Shown in pieces: positions 24,880 to 35,651 of a stretch of DNA of 64,000 nt. The first letter of the stretch is position 1. Each line of letters begins with the position of its first letter. The stretch comes from a virus. The DNA lies in IMG/VR virus record IMGVR_UViG_3300028625_000001, positions 1-64,000 of that record. One strand, written 5' to 3'. Position numbers and translations under genes: made by a program. A model generated the notes under the pieces. The model did no database searches. It had not been told where the DNA came from and saw only the letters and a list, made by a program, of their open reading frames with translations.

Positions 24880-27366
24880 ATGTTGCCAAAAACAAGGACG
24901 GTGTTTGTTTTGAAAAGATTAGTCAGAGACAAGATTGACGAGGATCTGAAAAAGATACTCGGCAAAGACGCCAACCTTGACCTATTGACTAGGCAGGACA
25001 TGGTTGAATTGGTGGCCGCGGCCATGCTTCCGGGCAACCAGAAAGTTTTTACAGATAGAGCGAAAGGCATATACGCCGCCAGACTCAAAGAGTGGGAAAA
25101 GGATGAAGAGACCCGTTTGCTTCAAGAAGAGAAAGAGCAAGCGCAGAAGGAGCGAGACCAGGCGTCCGCTTTAGATCCTAATGATCCTCTCTTTGACGAT
25201 GAGAACTATACGTATTATCGAAAGCACGGGCCTAAGAAATTTATTTCTAAACGAAGGAAAGAGTTTGCTAACGAATACGACTTGAGCAACCCGGCCGACT
25301 CTTCTCAAATCCATACAGTAATAGTCGCGGAGCTCAGGCTCATGCAACTTACTGAGCAAGTAGAGATGTTGATTGCTGAGAATGAAGTCATTGGGAACGA
25401 TCTATACAGAGACATAGAAACGACTAGAATTTCGCTCTCGAAAGCGTTGTCTGACCTGTCGATACTAAAAAGGTTCAGGCCGGAGGACGAAACTAAAAAC
25501 AACCTTGCGGATCTCGTTAAGTTATACGATAAGTATTACGATATACCTCAGAAAGACTTGCTAAGGCATATACGAAATGAAAAAGTTGGCAAGACCTTGA
25601 CTGAAGAACAGATTGAAGAGATATCCAATCTAAGAAAGAAAATTAGGAACGATGAAGAAAACCAGGTTCCGATCCCCAAGCATTACCTTGAAGCTGTAAA
25701 AAAAAATATCTTGACTGAATCTGAACTTCTCTTTATAGAACATCTAAGAAACGACCCGGTTTATGCTGCCAAAGTCTTGTACGATATTTCTCTTGACTGG
25801 TATCAGGTAATGGTGCTTAGGAGCTGGTGGCAATTTAAGCCGTTTTATATGTATCTTGGAGCCCGTGGTGTTGCCAAGACTTTTCTCGGAGGGTTATATT
25901 CACTTTTGGTAATATCTCTCTTCACGAAAGAGATAGTGATTATTGTTGCCCCCTCTTTTAGACAGTCTTCGCAGATGTGGCAAGAAGCATCGAATGTTGT
26001 GACCGGGCAAAAAGGCAACGATTCTGATGTCGGACTTGCCTGTCTCGATGGCGAACCAAAAAGGAACCCGGACCAGAGAGAAATCAACTCAAAGACCGGT
26101 TCGAGAATCCTTGCACTCCCTTTAGGAACTGGCGAGAAGATAAGGTCGAAGCGCGCCAGTCGCCTAATGATCGACGAAAGGCAAGATGTGCCGCAATATG
26201 CTTTAGATGTCGTTGTAAAGCCTTTTGCCAACGTCAGTCAGAATCCTATGGAAAGGATTAGACAAAAACAGATGGGTATGGAGGCCGACCCCGCTTTCAG
26301 CATCATAAACTCCGGGACTGCCGGATTTGAAGATACCCCTTACCATAAAGACTTCCTTCATTTCATGGGAGAAGATGGAGACAAATATCAGCTAGACATA
26401 ATTACGATTGACGATCCTTCGCCAGGCTATATCAACGAAGACATTGTAGAAGACGTTAAAAGGTCGTTGAAAGACGATACGGGACTTTTCGGAGCGGAGT
26501 ATTATGGGAAGTTCATTTCGCAACAAAACATCTTCTATCCCCCATCTCTATTCTTAGACGCTTGTAGCGAACGGTGCCCCGTAAGGCTTATGGGACATCC
26601 AGGGAAAGAATACTATCTCGGGATTGACCCTATTAGCGGCGGCGAGACTACCGGAGATGTCATGGTTGTTTCAGTTTTTGAATATGACCCGGCGTTTGAT
26701 TATGCCAACCTTGTTTACCTGAAAGGTATTCATTTTGAATATGCTAAAGACCTAGCAAACTTTATCAGGGAACTGGTTGTCAGCTTTGAACACAATAATG
26801 GAACGGTCGCGGGAATAGCTCTTGAAATGCGTGGTGGAGGTTTCTCTATAAGAGAAAGACTTATGGAGGAAGGAGTCGTGAAGAACCCATTCACACTTAA
26901 AGACGCCAGAGTCCCCCCGCTTATTCCGGTCGATTCGCCTGACGACATTATCGGTCGGCGGCTGGTCCATTGCATTTTCGGAAATTCAACATTGAACATG
27001 GTTCACCATTTCAACTTCAAAGAAGCACTCAACAACCACGAACTTTACTTACCTAAAGAAGCCACTACACAAGACAAACAATTGGACAGGCAGTATTTTG
27101 CCGAAATCCAGTCGATATTTGATGAGTTTATCATTCTTCGACAGGAGGCAAAGAGCCTGGTGACTAAAACCACCAGAGGTGGTGATATTGTTCTACAACC
27201 CCCTTCTGATAGATATCACGACGACTATGTATTTGCCTCGATTAGAGGATATTCGCTTGTAAAAGAGAGACAACTTCAGGGTAGCAAACGTAAAGCGAAA
27301 ACAAAATTGATTATCCATGATGGCTCTCTTTGGGCTACGGGAGGCAACGCCTATGGAATTAGATAA
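24880..27366 (+). CDS. terL: terminase large subunit with long N-terminal extension
   Basis: Walker A-like LGARGVAKTF and Walker B LMIDERQD at about aa 325-430. Followed by the portal-sized ORF. No RBS at 24880, so the start is uncertain. Confidence 0.65.
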   Translation: MLPKTRTVFVLKRLVRDKIDEDLKKILGKDANLDLLTRQDMVELVAAAMLPGNQKVFTDRAKGIYAARLKEWEKDEETRLLQEEKEQAQKERDQASALDPNDPLFDDENYTYYRKHGPKKFISKRRKEFANEYDLSNPADSSQIHTVIVAELRLMQLTEQVEMLIAENEVIGNDLYRDIETTRISLSKALSDLSILKRFRPEDETKNNLADLVKLYDKYYDIPQKDLLRHIRNEKVGKTLTEEQIEEISNLRKKIRNDEENQVPIPKHYLEAVKKNILTESELLFIEHLRNDPVYAAKVLYDISLDWYQVMVLRSWWQFKPFYMYLGARGVAKTFLGGLYSLLVISLFTKEIVIIVAPSFRQSSQMWQEASNVVTGQKGNDSDVGLACLDGEPKRNPDQREINSKTGSRILALPLGTGEKIRSKRASRLMIDERQDVPQYALDVVVKPFANVSQNPMERIRQKQMGMEADPAFSIINSGTAGFEDTPYHKDFLHFMGEDGDKYQLDIITIDDPSPGYINEDIVEDVKRSLKDDTGLFGAEYYGKFISQQNIFYPPSLFLDACSERCPVRLMGHPGKEYYLGIDPISGGETTGDVMVVSVFEYDPAFDYANLVYLKGIHFEYAKDLANFIRELVVSFEHNNGTVAGIALEMRGGGFSIRERLMEEGVVKNPFTLKDARVPPLIPVDSPDDIIGRRLVHCIFGNSTLNMVHHFNFKEALNNHELYLPKEATTQDKQLDRQYFAEIQSIFDEFIILRQEAKSLVTKTTRGGDIVLQPPSDRYHDDYVFASIRGYSLVKERQLQGSKRKAKTKLIIHDGSLWATGGNAYGIR

Positions 27367-28687
27367 TCTTGTGCTTGAGTTCAATCCCGGCATATTCTCT
27401 CTCGGGACAATAAAAAGCGTAGCGATGAAGACTATTAACGGAAGCCCTCTCTCTATTTCTTCTTCAGACGAGATGTCGTCAGACGAAATAGTCTTGATGC
27501 AGAACTGTCTTGACGCGTATTTTAATGATGAAATCGTCGGTGGAGCCATAGAGATTGCTGTGGGATTGAGCATTTCAGATTATACCCTTACACAGGTAGA
27601 TGAACAAAATGCGGATCTATATAAATGGTATATCGATGAGATTCTTGACATAGACAGCTTTCTTGAAGATGTTTTTTGGGGACTTCTTGTCACAAATAAT
27701 GTATATCTTCAGAGAATACTAGGGGTTGAAGAGGTCCCTAACGACATCAAAATAAAGAACTCAAAAGCGATTGTCGGGCGGTATCAGAATATAAACCCTC
27801 TTTCGGTCATTATTGAAGGGGCTTTGAATGAGCCTGACAAACTTACATACATAGTTACTACCGAAGGGGATGACGCAGAAGAAGAGACCCTAAAGGCTGA
27901 GGAAATAATTCATATATCCGATAAAAGACCATATCAACGCTATGGAATACCGATGCTTAAGAGGGCATTGCCCGCGCTGCTTCGTAAAACAAAAATGAAT
28001 CAGGCGGACGTAGCCACGCTCAATGGAATAATCCATCAAATAGTTTTGATAACACTTGCTTCTCCCGAAGAAGGAGAGTTAGAAGATATAAGCAGTAAGT
28101 TGACGAACATCGCTAGAGCGATGACAATTGTCTATGATGACAGGTTGAAAGTCGAGTTTAAGCACCCGGACACCAACATCCTTAATCCGACCAAGTATAA
28201 CGATGTCAATGACACTATAGCAAATGCGACAGGCGTCAACTTTGGGTTTACCAACAAAGAAACCAGTTATGCTTCAGGGACAATAGACTTAAGGTTGCTA
28301 ATTAAGAGACTAACCAGACTACGTAAGATTGTTGCCAAAGTCATAACGAAAGAGCTTCGCCGTTTTGCAACTGCCGTTGGATTGAAAGACCGTGTTCTTT
28401 TCAAGTTTAAACCGTTCGATCTTGAGAATGAGAAGTATATAGGCTCCGTTCTCTTGCCACTCCGCCGGGAAGGTCTCCTTTCTGCAACTACAGCACTTAA
28501 CAGCGCAAACTTCAATCCTGACTATGAGTTTAAGCAACTTCAGGAGGAATTGGCGCTACAAAAGAAGGGGTTGTTGCTTCCGTTCAATAACAGTCCAAGA
28601 GCCGGGAGACCTGCCGGGACCACATCACAAAACGACTATCCAGAAGAAAGAAATGAGATCACCGACTCCCCAACGGGCAATCAATAA
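27317..28687 (+). CDS. portal protein (positional call)
   Basis: 456-aa ORF overlapping the terL 3' end. Size and position are typical for a portal protein. No motif recognised. Confidence 0.5.
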   Translation: MMALFGLREATPMELDNLVLEFNPGIFSLGTIKSVAMKTINGSPLSISSSDEMSSDEIVLMQNCLDAYFNDEIVGGAIEIAVGLSISDYTLTQVDEQNADLYKWYIDEILDIDSFLEDVFWGLLVTNNVYLQRILGVEEVPNDIKIKNSKAIVGRYQNINPLSVIIEGALNEPDKLTYIVTTEGDDAEEETLKAEEIIHISDKRPYQRYGIPMLKRALPALLRKTKMNQADVATLNGIIHQIVLITLASPEEGELEDISSKLTNIARAMTIVYDDRLKVEFKHPDTNILNPTKYNDVNDTIANATGVNFGFTNKETSYASGTIDLRLLIKRLTRLRKIVAKVITKELRRFATAVGLKDRVLFKFKPFDLENEKYIGSVLLPLRREGLLSATTALNSANFNPDYEFKQLQEELALQKKGLLLPFNNSPRAGRPAGTTSQNDYPEERNEITDSPTGNQ

Positions 28688-28701
28688 GGGGGTGTATTAC
28701 C

Positions 28702-29970
28702 TTGCTTGAAGGGTTAAAAACGACCATCGTCGTGCGGCCGGACGACATAAAAATTGCCGCAAACGCAGCCGACGGCAAGCCCAGCAAACTTGAGATGAAA
28801 TATATCCTTCTTCATACCCTGCCGATTGAATTTGGCAGCGATATTGAAAAGGTGAGTAAATTCTTCAATGGGAATGGGCTTGGCTTTTTGGATGAAGACG
28901 TAAAAAAGACCTATGCGACCATTAACGGCTCTCTTGTTAGGGTCGAGCACAACCCCAGAGAAAACATTGCCGCGAACATAGCCTCTGAATACACTGAAGC
29001 GACAGCTAACGAGGGCGGCTATATCACCGTTACGGCAATACTTGATCTTGAAGCAGTAGACGATTGGGTTTTGTCAGCTCTTGTAGATAAGAAGGCGTCC
29101 TTCTCTATGGAGGTTTACTTCAAACACTTCAAATATATGTGGGCTGATAAAGATGGGGAGATCAAAATAACAGATTACTATCCGTTGGGCGGAGATGACA
29201 TTACTTTTATTGGATGGGTTGCAAGTGAAATTGCTGAGTTTTCCGGTAGTGCCGTCACACTGAATCCGGCAGATAAGGGAGCCGTCTTATTGGAGATCAC
29301 AGATGCCTCCGACAGTCGTTCCATTAGAGAGTCTGCCTCTATGAAGGAGAAGAACGTTGGGTCAGAAGCCGATAAAGAAGATGCTGAACCGGAAACGGGA
29401 GAGACACCTCCAGGACCTTCAGAGGATCAGCATGACGTGGCAGACTCAACGGATATTGCGGAGCCGACTCCAGAGCCTGAAAAAATAGACGCGGAGGAGG
29501 AGAAGCCTGAAGAAGAAACAGTCACGCCAGAAGGAAGAGATCAAGAAGAAACTGATGTTGTCGAAAATATTCTCATTGAAAAGGCCAGACTGGATGAACT
29601 TCTTGCCAAAGAAAGGGAGCTCGAAGAGACCAAAGCCGCACTTGAATCGACAAAAGCTTCCGAAAAGATTTATAAGGAGCTCTCCGAATCTCTTCAGAAC
29701 AAGCTTACAGCAAATGAAAGCGAGCTAAAGGAACTCGCTTCGAAGATAAGGTTTAACGAAGTTAAGAATAGGCTGACAACAGAGGAAATCTCTCTTTCCG
29801 AAGAGGAAACGAAGGCTCTTGCTTCTAAGACCGACGAGGAAATAGAGTTTATCATCTCTCTTGCCAAGAAGGCAGGGGGGAGCAAAGGAAAGCCGCTCAA
29901 CACAGAACTCACAATTGGAAAAAGCAACGAAAATCCATTTACGAGATATAGGGAATCGCAAAGGGGGTAA
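28702..29970 (+). CDS. scaffolding protein (possibly a protease-scaffold fusion)
   Basis: Acidic Pro/Glu-rich linker followed by a long coiled coil (EKARLDELLAKERELEETKAALES...). Lies between portal and capsid genes. Confidence 0.45.
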   Translation: MLEGLKTTIVVRPDDIKIAANAADGKPSKLEMKYILLHTLPIEFGSDIEKVSKFFNGNGLGFLDEDVKKTYATINGSLVRVEHNPRENIAANIASEYTEATANEGGYITVTAILDLEAVDDWVLSALVDKKASFSMEVYFKHFKYMWADKDGEIKITDYYPLGGDDITFIGWVASEIAEFSGSAVTLNPADKGAVLLEITDASDSRSIRESASMKEKNVGSEADKEDAEPETGETPPGPSEDQHDVADSTDIAEPTPEPEKIDAEEEKPEEETVTPEGRDQEETDVVENILIEKARLDELLAKERELEETKAALESTKASEKIYKELSESLQNKLTANESELKELASKIRFNEVKNRLTTEEISLSEEETKALASKTDEEIEFIISLAKKAGGSKGKPLNTELTIGKSNENPFTRYRESQRG

Positions 29971-29976
29971 ACTAAC

Positions 29977-30384
29977 ATGTTAGTTGTCCAGAATACTTAT
30001 GCTGAAAATATTCAAGTCTATTGGGCTCCTGGTGTAGTTAGCCAGCAAACCAACATGGTTGCCGCCGCCGATCTTGTCAGCGGCCAGCCAGTCAAGAGAA
30101 GCGAGGGCAAGATTGCCGCTATAACCGACACTGACACTCCTGACGGGTTTGTCCTTCACACAGTGGCGGAAGGAGAATATGTCGTTATAGTAGCCAACAT
30201 TTCCAAGGTTCAGCTCAAGGTTTCTAGTGCGCTTTATACTGATATAACCTTCGAGGTTGACGATACCGTTTATTGGAGCACTGACAACTCCAAATACACC
30301 GAGACATCAAACGCCGACGATACAGTAGAAATCGGGAAGGTTGTTGCTGTCGAGAGCGACTATATCATAGTCGTTCTGAAATAA
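29977..30384 (+). CDS. small head-associated protein (decoration/DUF2190-like, positional)
   Basis: 135-aa ORF directly upstream of the capsid gene. Confidence 0.35.
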   Translation: MLVVQNTYAENIQVYWAPGVVSQQTNMVAAADLVSGQPVKRSEGKIAAITDTDTPDGFVLHTVAEGEYVVIVANISKVQLKVSSALYTDITFEVDDTVYWSTDNSKYTETSNADDTVEIGKVVAVESDYIIVVLK

Positions 30385-30420
30385 CTCGTATTTTTAAGTC
30401 CTATCAAGGGGGTTTTGCAA

Positions 30421-31398
30421 ATGTCCAAAGCAGCTATGACACCAGAAGAAATAATGCAATTAAGGCAGCTTTATAGAGAAACGGCCAGTGGAAACCCTGA
30501 AGCGATAAGAAAGAACAACGAAGATTTGTCTCTGGGGGTAGAGGAAGATACTGAAGAAGTAATGAAGCAGATCGGTGCCTACACTCCTCCGACGAATATC
30601 TCTGATACCGTTGCTCTTAACACTATCGACGTCGGGTATGCCAGAAAGCTTCTCGGATTCAAAAAGCTCACAGATCCCACTATGGTTCCTGGGTTTATCA
30701 ACACAAATGCCAACGTCAAACTCAGGATCATCACGATAAATAAGTACGGAGGTATGCCACAGGAAATTATCGCCGAGCCTGGTTTCACGACATTTACCGA
30801 ATATATGATCGGCGATACTGTTTATGTACCGGAAAGCAATGTCCTCAGTGGGAATCTCGATGAAAGAAATAATGCAAGAAAACAGCTAGTAAACAACCTT
30901 CTTTATAAAGAAGACCAGGACTTCAAAATCATCCTCGCGGAGGCCATCAACAAAGACAATTACGACAACACGACCTCATGGGGATCTGATGAAGTCACCA
31001 CGGCAAACCTTAGACGGGTCGTTTCCTGGTTTGCCGACAACGGCATGACCGACGAGTCAAAAATAATCGCTCTTATGCCGTTTACTATTAAAGAAGCTCT
31101 AAACGAAAACGCACTGGCAACATATAAGCTCAACCTTGCCGATAGATTCTCCGGCACTGTCCTGACGGTTCCTGTCTCTGAAAGAGACGGCGACCTTAAG
31201 ACGACCTTTGAAGCCGATGAGATTTACTTCATCTACAACGATACCTATCAGGGGAGAATTTGGTCAAGAGGTAATACGAACATTCTTCAAATGGAGAATA
31301 GAAGAGGCGAATATCTTGTTGGATATAGAGGGGACAGAGCTCTGGCTATGGGTATATTCGACCCCTATCACTTCTACAAAGTAACAATTACTGCCTAA
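30421..31398 (+). CDS. major capsid protein (positional call)
   Basis: 325 aa. ATG 30421 after AAGGGGG. Follows the scaffold gene and is followed by a strong terminator. Confidence 0.55.
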   Translation: MSKAAMTPEEIMQLRQLYRETASGNPEAIRKNNEDLSLGVEEDTEEVMKQIGAYTPPTNISDTVALNTIDVGYARKLLGFKKLTDPTMVPGFINTNANVKLRIITINKYGGMPQEIIAEPGFTTFTEYMIGDTVYVPESNVLSGNLDERNNARKQLVNNLLYKEDQDFKIILAEAINKDNYDNTTSWGSDEVTTANLRRVVSWFADNGMTDESKIIALMPFTIKEALNENALATYKLNLADRFSGTVLTVPVSERDGDLKTTFEADEIYFIYNDTYQGRIWSRGNTNILQMENRRGEYLVGYRGDRALAMGIFDPYHFYKVTITA

Positions 31399-31403
31399 TC
31401 TTG

Positions 31404-31437
31404 GGAGCGGGCTAATCCCCGCTCCTCTTCTTAGTTT
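31404..31437 (+). terminator. rho-independent terminator
   Basis: GGAGCGGG-CTAATC-CCCGCTCC followed by TCTTCTTAGTTTT. Confidence 0.7.
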
Positions 31438-31453
31438 TGGAGGTGAAACGTTA

Positions 31454-31813
31454 ATGTTCTATAAGAATGTCACAGAGAAGATGCTTGTCGTCAAGAACTA
31501 TTTAGTTGCTCCTGGTAAGCAGGTGTATATAACGCCAAGAGATGAAGAGCGCGCAAGAGACTTCATAGATAAACTCATCGAAAAAGGAAAACTCGTCAAA
31601 GTAGAGACTGGCGAATACATGAAGGCTAACGGTAAAGCACCGGCCAATCCAAAGCAGATAGCAGAAGCTATCGATGCCGGGGCAATGGTCGCGCAAGAAA
31701 TTATCGAAGAAAAAACCGAAGAGTCTCCAGCGGACGAAATTTCTTCGGAGCAACCGGAAGAGAAACAAAAAGAATCAGCTCCCAAAAAGAGAGGAAGACC
31801 GAATAGGAAGTAG
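31454..31813 (+). CDS. hypothetical protein with Lys/Glu-rich C-terminus (119 aa)
   Basis: RBS TTGGAGGTG. Confidence 0.55.
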   Translation: MFYKNVTEKMLVVKNYLVAPGKQVYITPRDEERARDFIDKLIEKGKLVKVETGEYMKANGKAPANPKQIAEAIDAGAMVAQEIIEEKTEESPADEISSEQPEEKQKESAPKKRGRPNRK

Positions 31814-31833
31814 CACATAGGGGGGCGATACCT

Positions 31834-32226
31834 ATGACGATCTCAGAAGATGTCCAAAAAGTTATAGATAAGTCCAGAAGACTTGCCAAGAAACACATAC
31901 TAGGGATCAGCGACGCTGATCTAGTCGGATATATCGAAGACGCAATAATCTCTATCCCGTCGTCTATAGCGACTCTTGAAGACGGAGAACTTGTAATCAC
32001 TAATTCCGACACCAATTATGCCACTTACTTCATAGCCTTACATGTGGCTAAAAAAGTCATTTTAGGCAGCGACATTGAAGATTCCCAGAGAATCACTATG
32101 GGTACGCTTACGGTATCTAAGGGGAGAAGAGGAGAGAAAGAAAACCTAGTTAGACAATTAGAGGATGAGATAAAGAAATTGAGCCGACAGCTTAGAGATT
32201 ACGGCGCTGTCATCAAGTTCGAATAA
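31834..32226 (+). CDS. head-tail connector/adaptor candidate (130 aa)
   Basis: RBS AGGGGGG. Position downstream of the capsid gene. Confidence 0.4.
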   Translation: MTISEDVQKVIDKSRRLAKKHILGISDADLVGYIEDAIISIPSSIATLEDGELVITNSDTNYATYFIALHVAKKVILGSDIEDSQRITMGTLTVSKGRRGEKENLVRQLEDEIKKLSRQLRDYGAVIKFE

Positions 32227-32238
32227 GGGGGTCTTCCT

Positions 32239-32670
32239 ATGGACGAACTACACGACGCCCTGACGGAGCTTTTTACAACCGTCTATTCATATTCTGAGAA
32301 CGTCTTCAAGAGGACTCTAAAAGTCAAGTCTGCCTTCCCGCGAAGCAATTACCCTTTTGCCCGTCCTTTACCTGAGCAAACAACTATCTCTGACTTTGTA
32401 GTTAAAATCCCAAAAACTGATTTTGGATATCAAAGTTTTCTCCCCGGCGGACCTCTAGTCTCCTCATCTGGTGATTCTTACATACTTATTAAAGCCTCAA
32501 GCGAGCTATTTACTGATATAGATTGGGACATGGTGAAGGAAGTTTTCATTACCGATGAATGGACTGGCAAGGAAGTAAAAGAATCCACGTATGAAGTATT
32601 GGAAAAACTCCCCGTGGGTACTTCCAATAACCCTGTTGGACTTATCCTTACCATAAAGAAGACGGTATGA
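32239..32670 (+). CDS. head-tail joining candidate (143 aa)
   Basis: RBS AAGGGGG. Positional call. Confidence 0.4.
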   Translation: MDELHDALTELFTTVYSYSENVFKRTLKVKSAFPRSNYPFARPLPEQTTISDFVVKIPKTDFGYQSFLPGGPLVSSSGDSYILIKASSELFTDIDWDMVKEVFITDEWTGKEVKESTYEVLEKLPVGTSNNPVGLILTIKKTV

Positions 32671-33356
32671 AGTTTAAGGTCAAAGTAACTGAAAAGAACG
32701 CGAAGAAGAATCTTGAAAAGTTTCTCTCTAAAGTCAGAGACGAAGTAAAGACCAATATCGACGAAATCCAAGACTCTTTGTTTTGGAGCATCATGGGTAT
32801 TGCCGGATGGATATCTCCGAAGCCTATTTATGAGCCGGAGTTTAGATATATCTACAATAAATACCTTGACTATCTCAGAGATCAAAATGTCCAATTCTAC
32901 TATAAGTCCGGCGGCGGTTTCGGGGTAGGTTGGCTTACAGTAACGGGACTGGACGATGCGACGCGGGCGAATTATCCAGTGGACGTAGCAGTCCAAATGT
33001 ATAAAGACAAAGAGATCAGAACTCTTACTTATGCCCCGGAAAGGATTGTTCCATACTGGCGCTTACTTGAATGGGGACAATACCTAGAAAAGGAAAAGAA
33101 CCTCTCTCCCAATCCGAAAGGCGAAAGTCCTAGACACACAGAAGTCTGGTATTTGCCGGTGGGGGAAATCATTTCTGGTCCAGCGTCGGGAAAACCTTTC
33201 ACTTATTTTACATATAATGTCAGAGAAAATTGGGATTCCTCAATAGTACCCCCTTACGAAGTGTTGAAAAAATTATGGTCGAAGACATATCCAGACTTTA
33301 GGCAGCTAGTCAGACAAGCTATATTGAAAAACCTGCCCCAGGCAAAGGGGGGTTGA
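32667..33356 (+). CDS. head-tail joining/neck candidate (229 aa)
   Basis: ATGA overlap with the upstream stop. Positional call. Confidence 0.4.
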   Translation: MKFKVKVTEKNAKKNLEKFLSKVRDEVKTNIDEIQDSLFWSIMGIAGWISPKPIYEPEFRYIYNKYLDYLRDQNVQFYYKSGGGFGVGWLTVTGLDDATRANYPVDVAVQMYKDKEIRTLTYAPERIVPYWRLLEWGQYLEKEKNLSPNPKGESPRHTEVWYLPVGEIISGPASGKPFTYFTYNVRENWDSSIVPPYEVLKKLWSKTYPDFRQLVRQAILKNLPQAKGG

Positions 33357-33357
33357 C

Positions 33358-34128
33358 ATGGCTAATTCACCGACCAAGAATCTTTTTTACTTTTTACAAT
33401 ACGAATTACTTAAGTTAAATCACTATCGGCGGGTAACAGAGCAAGCGAGACGTATAAAAACCGGAATCTGGGAAGTCTCAACCAAATTCCATTCGGTGTT
33501 TATGCAAGTAGGAGACACGGACCTATCACCAACAATAACGATCGACGGCGAAGAGTATCAAAACTTTCTACAATTAGCACCAGGCGAGTTCTCAGAAGAA
33601 TTAGGGGAGTCTCCGACGTTTCGCTATTCTCCTCTTAACGGACTTATAGAGACGTCGGCGGCGATAGACAACACCACGGAAGTCTATCTCACTTTCACCA
33701 AACCAACTTACACAGTTATAGACGGATACTTCAAATATCACGTTGACACCAACCTTCTTAGATCCATTGTTCCCTTTTATGTTGTCGGGTTCAACATGAA
33801 CAACTTCAATGCGTTCGAACTTGGCGGAGGACTGACCCGGAGCACTATGTCCGTCACGATAGAACTTGTCGCTTCTTACGGCGACCAAATTGAAGAAATG
33901 AGCAACATTTTAGGAGAACTTCTTGCTTCATCAGGGGTTTTAGAAATTGACTTAACACAAGAGCCATTGACTCAAGATCCTTCTGTGGGTTATGCGTTTG
34001 TAAATCTTGAATACGACCATAAGGTCATAGGAGGTTGGGATGTCAACCGAGTGCCGATCAGGAACGTTAGTTTCGGATACGGCGACCTCAATGCGTACAG
34101 GGCAGTCACAGAGATATTTTTGAGCTAA
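33358..34128 (+). CDS. tail terminator/neck candidate (256 aa)
   Basis: Start abuts the upstream stop. Positional call. Confidence 0.4.
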   Translation: MANSPTKNLFYFLQYELLKLNHYRRVTEQARRIKTGIWEVSTKFHSVFMQVGDTDLSPTITIDGEEYQNFLQLAPGEFSEELGESPTFRYSPLNGLIETSAAIDNTTEVYLTFTKPTYTVIDGYFKYHVDTNLLRSIVPFYVVGFNMNNFNAFELGGGLTRSTMSVTIELVASYGDQIEEMSNILGELLASSGVLEIDLTQEPLTQDPSVGYAFVNLEYDHKVIGGWDVNRVPIRNVSFGYGDLNAYRAVTEIFLS

Positions 34129-34141
34129 AGGGGGAGAAACA

Positions 34142-35572
34142 ATGCCTAAAGAAGTCATTCAACAGAAGCAATTAAGGCCGTTTGTGAACGGTCATAATAT
34201 TTATCGTGCTGAAGAGAGCACCGGCTCACCGAGAATAACTGCCGCCAAGTCCGAAGAGCTCGGCGCGCCGAATATCCTTGGAGTCGATGTTGAAGAGATA
34301 AACTCTGACATAACACTCAGGATAAGAGAACAAGGTAGCCTTTATCCCTATCTTGCCATCTTTAAGGATTATTCCTACGACCTCGAAGAGGCCGCGCTTC
34401 CTACCTCACTTTCTACTCTTGATATGGTCTCAAGTTTTGCCAACTTCGTGTTCCCCGTTATCAAGAAAGAAGAAATAGGCGACCCGAAACCGACGATCTG
34501 GAGAAACTATGTCATGGATAAGGCAGGAGTTACCAGCATCGGCTGGAATTTCAACGTCGATGGTCCGAGCACGATTAACATCTCTCTTCAGGGGTCAAGC
34601 TACAAGATATTCAAAGATTCAGCCATCCTCGTGGAACGTCACGCGGCGGTGACGGCCGGAGCTGTTACGCCTGAGCAAACTCCGACGAAGGTTATTAGGG
34701 TTATAGCAGAAGGCCCAGAGGAAATAGCCGGAGAAGATATAACGGATGTTTGTTCCGTTGGCACTGGAACTATAGCAGTTGGCACGTTTAACGGAGAAAC
34801 CCCGACTATGGTTACGGTGGTATATTCTTATGAGCAAACTACCGGAGATCCCGCATTGTTTTATGGGAGAGTTCTCTCCGAGACCGTAGAGGCCGAAGGT
34901 GTCGATTCGCTTACTGTTACTCACAATGTCACCAACATCATTGGAGTCAGGACAACTGCCGGAGTAATTGTTGCCGGGCCGTGGACTATCGACTCTAAAG
35001 ACCCCAAAACCATTACCGGGGGTACGGTGGTTGCAGAAACAAGTTATGTAGTCAACTATATAACTGCGGACGAACCGGCGGGACTCCTTAGACAGGCGAC
35101 GAAAGGCAAAATCAAGATATACATGGCGGAAAGTTACGCTACGAAAGGCGGAAGACTCAGAGGGGTTTCTTCTGTAGCAGCGAATTGGGGATTAAACTCC
35201 GATAGCAGACAGGAGCTTGGAAGTGAAGATCCATATCTCACGATAGCCAACCTCCCGGCGGAAATCACCGTTGATCTATCACTTGATGAGACTGAAGACA
35301 TAGACACTTTCCTTGCCAAGATAATCGATGTCGGAGAAGACGATCCTCTTATCGACCTCAAGAACATTAACCATGACATGAATCTCTACGTTGAGGTTAT
35401 AGGTCTTGATGAATCTGGCGATGAAGAAGTTAAGTTGGTCTACAAGTTCCCGAGGCTCATGCTTACATCTACAAGTTCAAGTCTTGCCCTCGGCGGGACG
35501 GTCAACAGACCTCTCAGCTTTACTTCCGACGATGTAATAATCACGACAAACACTGAATTAAGTGGTTTATAA
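34142..35572 (+). CDS. major tail protein candidate (476 aa)
   Basis: RBS AAGGGGGAG. Last structural ORF before a strong terminator. Thr/Val/Gly-rich and beta-like. Tube versus sheath is unresolved. Confidence 0.4.
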   Translation: MPKEVIQQKQLRPFVNGHNIYRAEESTGSPRITAAKSEELGAPNILGVDVEEINSDITLRIREQGSLYPYLAIFKDYSYDLEEAALPTSLSTLDMVSSFANFVFPVIKKEEIGDPKPTIWRNYVMDKAGVTSIGWNFNVDGPSTINISLQGSSYKIFKDSAILVERHAAVTAGAVTPEQTPTKVIRVIAEGPEEIAGEDITDVCSVGTGTIAVGTFNGETPTMVTVVYSYEQTTGDPALFYGRVLSETVEAEGVDSLTVTHNVTNIIGVRTTAGVIVAGPWTIDSKDPKTITGGTVVAETSYVVNYITADEPAGLLRQATKGKIKIYMAESYATKGGRLRGVSSVAANWGLNSDSRQELGSEDPYLTIANLPAEITVDLSLDETEDIDTFLAKIIDVGEDDPLIDLKNINHDMNLYVEVIGLDESGDEEVKLVYKFPRLMLTSTSSSLALGGTVNRPLSFTSDDVIITTNTELSGL

Positions 35573-35598
35573 CGTCTCACTTTCCTTCTTATCTTATA

Positions 35599-35632
35599 GG
35601 GCTATCTATCTCGAATAGGTAGCCCCTTTTTT
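35599..35632 (+). terminator. rho-independent terminator
   Basis: 10-bp stem GGGCTATCTA/TAGGTAGCCC followed by CTTTTTT. Confidence 0.85.
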
Positions 35633-35651
35633 CTAAAAAGGGGGTCTAAGC

